Positions 30,844 through 39,538 are shown, counted from the first letter of the stretch. The stretch: 42,852 nucleotides of DNA from Pseudomonadota bacterium (GCA_036163815.1 JAYZKD010000032.1:1-42852); one strand, 5' to 3'. A program made the numbers and translations. The notes: a model not told the origin generated them from the sequence alone.

Positions 30844-32115
30844 TTATTCTGTAATTAAATCATCTTTAAGGTATTTACCGGCAAGGTAATAATGATAAGC
30901 GCACCATAACTTTATTGTTGAAAGTATTAGCAAGCTATATCTTAGAGATTCCTTTCCATATTCTGGATTCAAAAAGTCGCTTAGAATTCCAACAGCTTGA
31001 GGGCCAAAACCTAAACCAATTATGTTAATAATGAAAAGTAAAATTGCAGCAGCGACTGATCGCATTCTAAGTTCTACAACTCCTTGGGTTTGACTGAATG
31101 TAGTAGCCTGATAAAAATTTCCAAAAAATATTGGAACAATTAACCATAAAAAAGAAGAGTATGCATTGGGACTAAGAAAAACCATATAATAAAGTGGAAC
31201 CGTTATAGCCATTGCTAATGCTACTATCCAGAGGCACCATCTCGTATCTTTTGATCCAAAATAATCAGATAAATAACCACCAAGAAAAATACCTAAACCA
31301 CCGGGAATACCTAAAATTAACCCTAAATACCAACCTACTTCACCAGTTTGCATCTCATAAGATCTCTGAAAAAAGGATGGCAACCATGTTATTGCACCGT
31401 ATCCTACAAATGCAGCTAAAGCAGCTCCAAATGCCAGATGTCTAAACGATCTCTTTTTTAAAAGGTATCGCATTGTTTCTGGGATTGATGGCTGTGCTTT
31501 ATCATCAATCCTTCCTTCGGCTTGACCTCTTAACGGTTCTTGGACTGTATATCGAAAAATTAGAGCAATAATAATACCTGGAATACCAACTACAAAAAAG
31601 GCCATTCTCCATCCAAAATATTCATTAATCCATCCACCAGCAAATAGACCAAACATTATTCCAAAAGGTATTCCTAAGGAATATATCCCCAATGCAGTAG
31701 AACGAGAATTTGCCGGAAAATAATCAGATATCATAGAATGCGCAGGTGGACTACAACCTGCTTCTCCAACACCAACACCTATTCGAGCAAATAATAAATG
31801 ATAAAAATTTTGTGCTAGTCCCGAAATTGCAGTCATTAAACTCCACACACCAATAGCAATTGAGATAAGGTTTCTTCTATTTCCATAATCAGCATATTTA
31901 GCAATAGGAATACCTAGGGTTGCGTAAAACAATGCAAAAGCAAAACCAGTTAACATTCCAAGGGAAGTATCTGAAAGCTTAAGATCTGATTTAATTGATT
32001 CCAATAAGATAGATAAAATTTGCCTATCTATGAAATTAAATGTGTAAACAACAACTAAAATTCCAAGAACATAATTTCGTACATTATTTTTTTTATTTTC
32101 TTTTATTGTGTCCAT
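30844..32115 (-). CDS. MFS transporter, spinster-like
   Basis: NFIDRQIL, ADYGNRR (motif A), RIGVGVGEAGCSPPAHSMISDYFP; about 12 TMs. Confidence 0.9.
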   Translation of the reverse strand: MDTIKENKKNNVRNYVLGILVVVYTFNFIDRQILSILLESIKSDLKLSDTSLGMLTGFAFALFYATLGIPIAKYADYGNRRNLISIAIGVWSLMTAISGLAQNFYHLLFARIGVGVGEAGCSPPAHSMISDYFPANSRSTALGIYSLGIPFGIMFGLFAGGWINEYFGWRMAFFVVGIPGIIIALIFRYTVQEPLRGQAEGRIDDKAQPSIPETMRYLLKKRSFRHLAFGAALAAFVGYGAITWLPSFFQRSYEMQTGEVGWYLGLILGIPGGLGIFLGGYLSDYFGSKDTRWCLWIVALAMAITVPLYYMVFLSPNAYSSFLWLIVPIFFGNFYQATTFSQTQGVVELRMRSVAAAILLFIINIIGLGFGPQAVGILSDFLNPEYGKESLRYSLLILSTIKLWCAYHYYLAGKYLKDDLITE

Positions 32116-32183
32116 TGGCAGTAAGAAATTAAATAACCAAAATAGACTATATATTTTTGATTTATTTACTAGTTATTTTTAGT

Positions 32184-32209
32184 AAAAAAAGGGGGCTTTA
32201 CACCCCCTT
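32184..32209 (-). terminator. Rho-independent terminator of hsp20
   Basis: Minus strand AAGGGGG-TGTAAAG-CCCCCTT then T-tract, 6 nt after the stop codon. Confidence 0.85.
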
Positions 32210-32215
32210 CTGATA

Positions 32216-32665
32216 TTAATTTTTTAGAAGATTTTCTTTTGATGTAAAGGAAATCTTTTTTGGTTTTTTATGATCAGGTATTACCCTTTCAATTCCAATT
32301 AATAAAATACCATTTGAAAGAGCGGCACCTTTTATAACCATGTCATCAGAAAGCACAAACTTTCTTTTAAAATTTCGTGACGCTAGGCCTTGATGAACCA
32401 AATTATCATTTGATTCATCTGATCTTTTTCCTGTAATAACAAGGTTTTCTCCAGTAACTTCAATATCAATATCTTTTTCTTCAAAGCCAGCCAAAGCAAG
32501 TTCAATACTATACCTATCATCAGATAATTTTCTAATATTATAAGGTGGATAGTTAATGTTTTGTGACTGATTTTTTGCTAGAAGTGATAATGTATCAAAA
32601 GTTCTATCAAAACCAATTGTGAATGGAGATAAATCTCTCCAAATAGTGTCAAAAGTTGTTCTCAT
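32216..32665 (-). CDS. ibpA: Small heat shock protein Hsp20 (IbpA type)
   Basis: IGFD, NYPPYNI, IELALAGF, HQGLASRNF, NGILLI, IPDHKKPKKI. Confidence 0.92.
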   Translation of the reverse strand: MRTTFDTIWRDLSPFTIGFDRTFDTLSLLAKNQSQNINYPPYNIRKLSDDRYSIELALAGFEEKDIDIEVTGENLVITGKRSDESNDNLVHQGLASRNFKRKFVLSDDMVIKGAALSNGILLIGIERVIPDHKKPKKISFTSKENLLKN

Positions 32666-32724
32666 TTTTTACTCCTTTAATAAGCAAGTTAACAAATGAA
32701 GACCCTTAAATAGGCATCTTCATT
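32666..32724 (-). ncRNA. ROSE-like RNA thermometer (cis element in the hsp20 5' UTR)
   Basis: Two hairpins; the second is ACUU-G-CUU/AUUA/AAG-GAGU, where the UUGCU motif pairs with the SD leaving a bulged G. Confidence 0.7.
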
Positions 32725-32728
32725 ATAT

Positions 32729-32756
32729 AAATGGTAACTCATTATATTTTTTTCAA
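32729..32756 (-). promoter_or_regulatory. Sigma32 (RpoH)-type promoter
   Basis: TTGAAA-N14-TACCATTT; predicted start falls at the base of the first UTR hairpin. Confidence 0.6.
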
Positions 32757-32781
32757 TAGAGAATATATTGTGTAAATTGTT

Positions 32782-33801
32782 TTAAAGTTCGACAACTACC
32801 TTACCAATGTTACCTCCTTCAAAGAGTTTTAGATACGCTTCAGGAAGATTTTTAAGGCCTTTAGTGATTTGGAATGGTAATTTTATTTTATTTTCATCTA
32901 GCCAGTTTTTTAATATTGGATTAAATTCCTTCTCTCTATGATAAAAATCAGGAGAAAAGAAACCCTCAACACGTAGTCTTTTCATAAGAATAAGGTCATA
33001 ATTTTTTGGCCCAGGAGATCTTTTTGAAGAACTGTAATAATCGAGCAATCCTGAGATAGCAATAGTACCAAATAATGCCATATTTTCATAAACAGCCTCA
33101 GCAATGGGACCGCCAACATGATCGCAATACACATTTATACCTTCTGGACATAGAGTTTTAAGCCTATTTGAGACATCTTCTTTTTTGTAATTAATAGCCC
33201 CATCGAAGCCAAAATCTTCGCATATCAAATTACATTTTTCTTCAGTTCCTGCTATCCCAATAACCTTACAACCTGTTATTTTTGCAATTTGACCAACTAA
33301 CAAACCTGTGCATCCTGCTGCAGCTGATACAACAAAAGTATCCCCCTTTCTTGCTCTACCTGTTTCAGTTACACCAACATATGCAGTCCATCCGTTAGCA
33401 CCAAGAATACCAACATAATTTATAAGATCGATTTCGCTATCATCAACTAAACTTGGAAACATAGTATTGGGATCAATAATAGAATAATCAGCCCACTGAC
33501 CCCACGATCTAATCCTTTGACCAGGAAGATAATTTGAATTGTCGCTTTCCACAACTTCACTTAATACTGTTCCTGTAATTTTTTCACCAATTGGTGTTGG
33601 CGGCAAGTAAGAGTCTTCTCTATCTGTCATAATCATTCTTGTGCCTGCATCCATAGAAAGATAAATATTTTTTGTTAAAATAGATCCTTTTGGAATTTCA
33701 ATGCTATTTTCTTTTTCAAGTTCAAAGCATTCTGAAAAATTACTACCCTCTGGCATGCTACGCATTACCCAATAATTATTATCTATTTCGATTTTAGTCA
33801 C
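32782..33801 (-). CDS. NADP-dependent enone/alkenal reductase (PTGR/CurA-like MDR)
   Basis: VSAAAGCTG, GIAGTEEKC, DGAINYK, DHVGG, LIxKRLRVEGF, GGNIGKVVV; GTG start abuts the Rieske stop. Confidence 0.85.
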   Translation of the reverse strand: MTKIEIDNNYWVMRSMPEGSNFSECFELEKENSIEIPKGSILTKNIYLSMDAGTRMIMTDREDSYLPPTPIGEKITGTVLSEVVESDNSNYLPGQRIRSWGQWADYSIIDPNTMFPSLVDDSEIDLINYVGILGANGWTAYVGVTETGRARKGDTFVVSAAAGCTGLLVGQIAKITGCKVIGIAGTEEKCNLICEDFGFDGAINYKKEDVSNRLKTLCPEGINVYCDHVGGPIAEAVYENMALFGTIAISGLLDYYSSSKRSPGPKNYDLILMKRLRVEGFFSPDFYHREKEFNPILKNWLDENKIKLPFQITKGLKNLPEAYLKLFEGGNIGKVVVEL

Positions 33802-34974
33802 TTATAAGATTGGTGGTTTTTTTATATTTTTATTTATGTAGAAATCAACATATTTATGAAAAAACTGATTACCTCTTTCGTTTTTTCCAAAATAAACATT
33901 TTCTTTAGAATGTGAGTCTAGACCACGCTGAATCTCAAGGCCTAGGGCATAATCTTCATCATTAACAACATCCCTTAGAAAATTCATGTTTTGATCTAAA
34001 TCTGCTTTTTCTTCTTTGTTCTTAGGTGCCTCAGGAGCAAGATAGTGTAAGACGGTGGTATTAGTTTCGGGTGTCTTTCCAGGAAATATTTGTGCAATTT
34101 GTCCTATTCCAAGTCCAAGAGCCATTGATACATTAGGAAATAGTGTTCTGACAAAATCCACTCCTTGACCTTCACGCGTCCACCACTTATTTTTTGGTAA
34201 TTCTAATATTTCTTCAATATTTGTTGAAGCAAAGGCTATTCTTAAATGGGGCCCAAAAGCAGAAAAGTCCATTATTCCTTGCATCGTCATATCTAAAATA
34301 GTGTCTTTGTGAGCGGTGGAAAAATGATAGCCTTCCAAATACCCGTCATAAGCTATTTTCCAATTAGCCCCATGAATAACTTTAAAACCATGATAATACC
34401 ATTTTTCAAAATTAAAATGTTCTATCTCTTTTTTCATACCGCCAAGGAATTGATCTAAATTTAAATCTAAATTTGGTGTTAAAATTACAAAAACCATTCC
34501 ACCAAACTCTTCACAAGGTAGAGCTTGTAATCCATTGCAACTCTTATCAAATTCTCCAAATTTATTATTTTCTAAAACACCTATTAACTCACCTTGGTTT
34601 GAATATGTCCAGCCATGATAAGGGCAAGTAAATTTATTTTTATTTCCTATCTCTTCTTTAGCTAATAAGGCCCCTCTATGTGAACAAACATTCCTAAAAG
34701 CATGGACTTTTTTATCCTTATCTCTTGTTATCAAGACAGGAATTCCAGCTATTTCTATACTTTTGTAATCACCTTTATTTGGAATTTCGATTGAAAGAGC
34801 TAGCATTAAAGGTAATTCTTTAAAAATTTTATCTATTTCTAACTTCCATCTTTTTTCACATGTATAATCTGAAGTTGGCACAGAAAGAATATCTTTAGCT
34901 TGGTCGGTTGTATCGTTTTGAACATGGCCAATCATTCTTTCGGCAATTTCATTGTATTCTTCTTTTCTATCCAT
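33802..34974 (-). CDS. Rieske non-heme iron oxygenase alpha subunit
   Basis: NVCSHRG and CPYHGW (Rieske), NWKIAYDGYLEGYHFSTAH (Fe His pair), VNDED. Confidence 0.92.
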   Translation of the reverse strand: MDRKEEYNEIAERMIGHVQNDTTDQAKDILSVPTSDYTCEKRWKLEIDKIFKELPLMLALSIEIPNKGDYKSIEIAGIPVLITRDKDKKVHAFRNVCSHRGALLAKEEIGNKNKFTCPYHGWTYSNQGELIGVLENNKFGEFDKSCNGLQALPCEEFGGMVFVILTPNLDLNLDQFLGGMKKEIEHFNFEKWYYHGFKVIHGANWKIAYDGYLEGYHFSTAHKDTILDMTMQGIMDFSAFGPHLRIAFASTNIEEILELPKNKWWTREGQGVDFVRTLFPNVSMALGLGIGQIAQIFPGKTPETNTTVLHYLAPEAPKNKEEKADLDQNMNFLRDVVNDEDYALGLEIQRGLDSHSKENVYFGKNERGNQFFHKYVDFYINKNIKKPPIL

Positions 34975-35122
34975 TTTGTATTTTCCCTGCCCAACTATAA
35001 TCTTATTATATAATTACAATATAAATTGAAAATTAAAAATTTTTTTTTACTATTAAATATATGGTCAAAAAGGTGTTGGATTTAAGTAATAACCTCTGTT
35101 AAGAATGTATTAGTAAATAATA

Positions 35123-35171
35123 ATTATTATAAGAATTTATTAACTAACTGATTATTATAGGAATTTGTTAA
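35123..35171 (+). repeat. 21-bp direct repeat (19/21 identical), 28-bp period
   Basis: ATTATTATAAGAATTTATTAA (35123-35143) and ATTATTATAGGAATTTGTTAA (35151-35171). Confidence 0.6.
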
Positions 35172-35174
35172 AAT

Positions 35175-36371
35175 ATGGACTTAGAATTTACAAAAGAAGA
35201 TGATGACTTTCGACTAGAGGTAAGAGATTTTATTAGTAAAAACTTTCCTCAGAAATTAAGAGATATTGATAAACGAACTGATTTATCAAGAGATGATATC
35301 TTATCTTGGCACAAAGTTTTATATAAAAAAGGTTGGATAGCCCCGCAATGGCCTGTAGAGCATGGGGGAACAGGTTGGAATATTACAGAGAGATATATTT
35401 GGGATCAAGAATGTGCCAATGCAGGTACAACACCGCTTATACCGTTTGGTTTAACCATGTTGGGTCCTGTTATTATTGCTTTTGGTAATGACGACCAAAA
35501 AGATTGGGTATTAAAAGGAATTTTGTCTGGTAAAGACTGGTGGTGTCAGGGTTATTCCGAACCAGGAGCAGGTTCAGATTTAGCAAGTTTAAGAACAAAA
35601 GCTGAGAAAGTTGACGATCATTATATCGTCAATGGTCATAAGACTTGGACAACCTTAGCTCAATTTGCTGACTGGATGTTTTGTTTAGTTAGAACGAAAG
35701 CAGAAGGAAAACCACAAGAAGGTATCTCCTTTCTCCTAATAGATATGAAAACTGAAGGAATTGATGTGAAGCCAATAATAACTATGGATGGTGGGCATGA
35801 AGTTAATGAAGTTTTCCTTGATGATGTAAAGGTTCCCATAGAAAATCTAGTTGGAGAGGAAAATATGGGCTGGACAATAGCAAAATATCTTTTAGGAAAC
35901 GAAAGAACTGGAATTGCCGGGGTAGCAAGATCAAAAAAAGCTATTGAAAGATTAAAAGAAATTGCTTCATCAGAATATATTGATGGTGAAAGTTTGATCA
36001 ATAGTCATGATTTTAATAATAAGATATCTGATTTAGAGGTCGATTTAACAGCTTTGGAATATACTGAGTTAAGAACTCTTGCTAAAGAAAGCAAAGGTGA
36101 GGGCCCCGGTGTTGAATCATCTATATTAAAGATTAAAGGCACTGAGATTCAACAAAGAATAACAGAACTTACGATGGAAGCGGTTGGTCATTATTCTGTT
36201 CCATATCTTGTACCTTCTTTCGAGAGGCAAGGATCAAATTATCTAACAATAGGTCCTGATTACAGCCATGGAGCTGCTCAAAATTATTTTAATACAAGAA
36301 AAACATCAATTTATGGTGGCTCAAATGAAATTCAGAAAAATATTATAGCCAAGATGGTTTTAGGTTTATAG
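35175..36371 (+). CDS. pimC: Acyl-CoA dehydrogenase large/catalytic subunit, PimC-like
   Basis: MDLEF, WWCQGYSEPGAGSDLASL, LGNERTG, SIYGGSNEIQKNII. Confidence 0.8.
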   Translation: MDLEFTKEDDDFRLEVRDFISKNFPQKLRDIDKRTDLSRDDILSWHKVLYKKGWIAPQWPVEHGGTGWNITERYIWDQECANAGTTPLIPFGLTMLGPVIIAFGNDDQKDWVLKGILSGKDWWCQGYSEPGAGSDLASLRTKAEKVDDHYIVNGHKTWTTLAQFADWMFCLVRTKAEGKPQEGISFLLIDMKTEGIDVKPIITMDGGHEVNEVFLDDVKVPIENLVGEENMGWTIAKYLLGNERTGIAGVARSKKAIERLKEIASSEYIDGESLINSHDFNNKISDLEVDLTALEYTELRTLAKESKGEGPGVESSILKIKGTEIQQRITELTMEAVGHYSVPYLVPSFERQGSNYLTIGPDYSHGAAQNYFNTRKTSIYGGSNEIQKNIIAKMVLGL

Positions 36372-36381
36372 GAGACAAAAA

Positions 36382-37509
36382 ATGGACTTTTCCTTTAGTG
36401 AAGAACAAACTTTATTGAGAAATACAATTCAATCATTTATTCAGGACAATTACGATTTTGACAAAAGACAAGCTATTGTAAGATCTGAAGAAGGTATAAA
36501 ACAAGAAAATTGGAAACAATTTTCAGAATTAGGACTTTTAGGCCTTCCTTTTTCTGAGGAAGATGGAGGTTTAAATTTCGGCCCAGTAGAGACTATGATA
36601 GTAACAGAAGAATTTGGAAAAGGGTTGGTTGTAGAGCCATATATTCAAACTGTTGTTACTTGTGGGGGTTTTTTAAGAAGAGGAAATGATAGTCAAAAAG
36701 AAAAATATATACCCGGAATAATTTCTGGCGAAGATATTTGGGCTTTTGCATATGCAGAACCTCAGGGACGATATAACCTTAATGATTTAACAACTAGCGC
36801 TACTCTTGAAGGGGATGATTATATAATTAATGGATATAAATGCGTTGTTTCTGGTGCGCCTTGGGCAAATAAATTGATTGTATCTGCAAGAACATCTGGT
36901 GAGCAAAGAGATACTGATGGTGTATCCCTTTTTATTGTTGAAAAAGACTCAGACGGACTTTCTTTGAGAGATTACCCTACCGTTGATGGTAGCAGAGCAT
37001 CTGAAATTACATTTGAAAATGTAAAAACATCTAAAGATAATTTAATAGGAGAAGAAGGAAAGGCATCTGAATTAATAGAGTTGGTTGTAGATGAGACAAT
37101 TGCAGCCATTTGTTCTGAAGCTGTAGGTGCAATGAGTGTTTTGAATGATGCAACAGTTGAATATTGTAAGACTAGGAAACAATTTGGTCAGCCTATTGGA
37201 AAGTTTCAGGTTCTCCAGCACAGAATGGTAGATATGTTTATGCAATATGAGCAGTCTGTTTCAATGACTTATATGGTTAATCTAAAATTAGACGAAGATT
37301 ATAATGAAAGAAGAAAAGCAGCTTCTGGAGCAAAAGTTCAAATTTCTAAAGCCGCCAAATTTATTGGTCAAAGTGCTGTTCAGCTTCATGGCGGAATGGG
37401 AATGACTGATGAATTAAATGTTGGTCATTATTTTAAAAGATTGTCTATGATAGAAAATTCTTATGGGAATGTTGATCATCATTTAAAAAAATATTCAAAT
37501 GCTGGATAA
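36382..37509 (+). CDS. pimD: Acyl-CoA dehydrogenase small subunit, PimD-like
   Basis: MDFSFSEEQTLL, AYAEPQGRY, YPTVDGSRA, RKQFGQPIGKFQVLQHR, QLHGGMGMTDE; lacks the YGG/YEG C-terminal motif. Confidence 0.8.
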   Translation: MDFSFSEEQTLLRNTIQSFIQDNYDFDKRQAIVRSEEGIKQENWKQFSELGLLGLPFSEEDGGLNFGPVETMIVTEEFGKGLVVEPYIQTVVTCGGFLRRGNDSQKEKYIPGIISGEDIWAFAYAEPQGRYNLNDLTTSATLEGDDYIINGYKCVVSGAPWANKLIVSARTSGEQRDTDGVSLFIVEKDSDGLSLRDYPTVDGSRASEITFENVKTSKDNLIGEEGKASELIELVVDETIAAICSEAVGAMSVLNDATVEYCKTRKQFGQPIGKFQVLQHRMVDMFMQYEQSVSMTYMVNLKLDEDYNERRKAASGAKVQISKAAKFIGQSAVQLHGGMGMTDELNVGHYFKRLSMIENSYGNVDHHLKKYSNAG

Positions 37510-37514
37510 TTGAA

Positions 37515-38315
37515 ATGAATGAATGGTTAAAATTTGAAAAAAATAAGTCAATAGCAACATTGACTATGAATCGTCCTGATATAAGGAATCCTTTAGGAGA
37601 GCCCGAAGATGCTTCTAATTTTGAGGAAGCTAGAGATCTTATTAATAATGATAGAGAAATACGATGCGTAATTCTTACAGGTGAAGGCTCTGCTTTTTCT
37701 GCTGGTGGAAATGTCAAAAATATGAAAGAGAAGACCGGTAATTTCTCGGGATCATCAGTGGCCTTAAGGGAAAGATATCGCTATGGTATTCATAGAATTA
37801 TAAGAGCAGTATGGAATATTGAGGTTCCTGTAATAGCCGCGATTAATGGACCAGCCATTGGTTTGGGAAATGATGTAGCGTGTTTAGCAGATATTAGAGT
37901 AGCTTCAGAAAAAGCTCTTTTTGGGGTCACATTCCTAAAAATAGGTCTTATTCCTGGTGATGGAGGAGCATGGTTGCTACCAAGGATTATTGGTTTATCT
38001 AAGGCTTCAGAATTACTTTATACAGGAAAATTAATTAAGCCAGAAACAGCGAAAGAATGGGGTCTAATTAGCGAAATTTTTGATCATGACGCTCTTATAA
38101 TGGAAGCAAATTCCATTGCTAAGGAAATTGCTAAGCAACCACCTGATGCATTGAGGATGGCAAAGAAGCTTCTAAGAGAAAGCATGACAACAAACTTTGA
38201 TACAATTCTTGAAATGTCAGCAAATATGCAGGCCTTGATGCATTTAACTGAAGATCATCAAGAGGCAATATCTGCATTTTTTGAGAAAAGAGATGGAGAT
38301 TTTAAAGGAAAATAA
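37515..38315 (+). CDS. Crotonase / enoyl-CoA hydratase-isomerase family protein
   Basis: AFSAGGNV, IAAINGPAIGLG, GLIPGDGGAWLLPR. Confidence 0.9.
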   Translation: MNEWLKFEKNKSIATLTMNRPDIRNPLGEPEDASNFEEARDLINNDREIRCVILTGEGSAFSAGGNVKNMKEKTGNFSGSSVALRERYRYGIHRIIRAVWNIEVPVIAAINGPAIGLGNDVACLADIRVASEKALFGVTFLKIGLIPGDGGAWLLPRIIGLSKASELLYTGKLIKPETAKEWGLISEIFDHDALIMEANSIAKEIAKQPPDALRMAKKLLRESMTTNFDTILEMSANMQALMHLTEDHQEAISAFFEKRDGDFKGK

Positions 38316-38326
38316 TAGGAGATGTT

Positions 38327-39538
38327 ATGGAGTTGGGATTTAAAGAAAAAGATGTAAAATTTAGAGATGAGGTTAGAGATTTTATAAAAGAAGCATATAC
38401 AACCGATATGAAAAAAACTCTTTCACGTTCTAAGAATGGTCATGCAGGAAAAGAACTACATATAAAATGGCAAAAAGCTCTATATGAAAAAGGTTGGATG
38501 GCTCCTAATTGGCCTGAAGAATATGGTGGTGCCGGCTTTTCTCCAACTCAAAAGTATATTTTTGAATCCGAAATGGCTCGCGAAGGTGCTCCAAGGACAA
38601 TACCTTTTGGGTTATCGATGGTTGCTCCTGTTATAATGGAATTCGGTTCTCAAGAACAAAAAGAGAGATTTTTACCAGATATATTGGAAAGTAATGTCTG
38701 GTGGTGTCAGGGTTATTCGGAACCTGGATCAGGATCAGATTTAGCTTCTCTTCAGTGTAAAGCTGAAAATAAAGGAGACCATTACCTTGTCAATGGGACT
38801 AAGATTTGGACAACTATGGCGCAATATGCTGATTGGATTTTTTGTCTTGTAAGAACTTCTAAAACGGAAAAACCACAAGAAGGTATCTCCTTTCTTTTAA
38901 TTGAAATGAATTCTCCAGGTATTGAAGTAAGACCGTTAATTACACTTGATCAAAGTCCGGACCCTCATCAAGAAGTAAATCAGGTATTTTTTGAAGATGT
39001 AAAAGTTCCTCTTGATAATTTAATTGGTGAAGAAAATAAAGGTTGGACATATGCTAAATATCTTCTTGAGTTCGAAAGAGGTACAGCATATTCACCTGGG
39101 TTATATAGAGGTCTAAAAAATCTAAAAGAAATTGCTAAGGATACTTCTATAGGTGACGGAAAAACTTTATTTGAGGACAGTGATTTTTTAAATAAAATTA
39201 ATGAATGTGAAATACAAATCCAAGCTATGGAATTTGTAGAATTAAGATTATTTTCTGCGTTATCAGCAGGGCAAAGAGTGGGCCCAGAATCATCAATATT
39301 AAAAACTAGAGGAACCGAAATTGGACAATATATTCAAGAACTTGCCGTAGAAGCAATAGGTTACTGGTCTTATCCTTTTGTAGAAGATACATTTGCAAAT
39401 GTTAATGAACCTAATATAGGTCCTGATTATGCTTTAACTATTACACCAGAGTATCTTAATGGTAGAAAGACAACTATTTATGCTGGATCGAATGAAATCC
39501 AGCGAAATATTATTTCGAAAGCTGTTCTTGGTTTGTAA
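38327..39538 (+). CDS. Second PimC-like acyl-CoA dehydrogenase subunit
   Basis: WWCQGYSEPGSGSDLASL, LEFERG, TIYAGSNEIQRNII; paralog of 35175-36371. Confidence 0.88.
   Translation: MELGFKEKDVKFRDEVRDFIKEAYTTDMKKTLSRSKNGHAGKELHIKWQKALYEKGWMAPNWPEEYGGAGFSPTQKYIFESEMAREGAPRTIPFGLSMVAPVIMEFGSQEQKERFLPDILESNVWWCQGYSEPGSGSDLASLQCKAENKGDHYLVNGTKIWTTMAQYADWIFCLVRTSKTEKPQEGISFLLIEMNSPGIEVRPLITLDQSPDPHQEVNQVFFEDVKVPLDNLIGEENKGWTYAKYLLEFERGTAYSPGLYRGLKNLKEIAKDTSIGDGKTLFEDSDFLNKINECEIQIQAMEFVELRLFSALSAGQRVGPESSILKTRGTEIGQYIQELAVEAIGYWSYPFVEDTFANVNEPNIGPDYALTITPEYLNGRKTTIYAGSNEIQRNIISKAVLGL

Noticed and set aside
23440-34974. Prophage or integrative element, suggested by phage-like mazG and hsp20
   Set aside because: No integrase, terminase, structural gene, tRNA target or att-like direct repeat. 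The hsp20 is a normal IbpA type with a host-type promoter.
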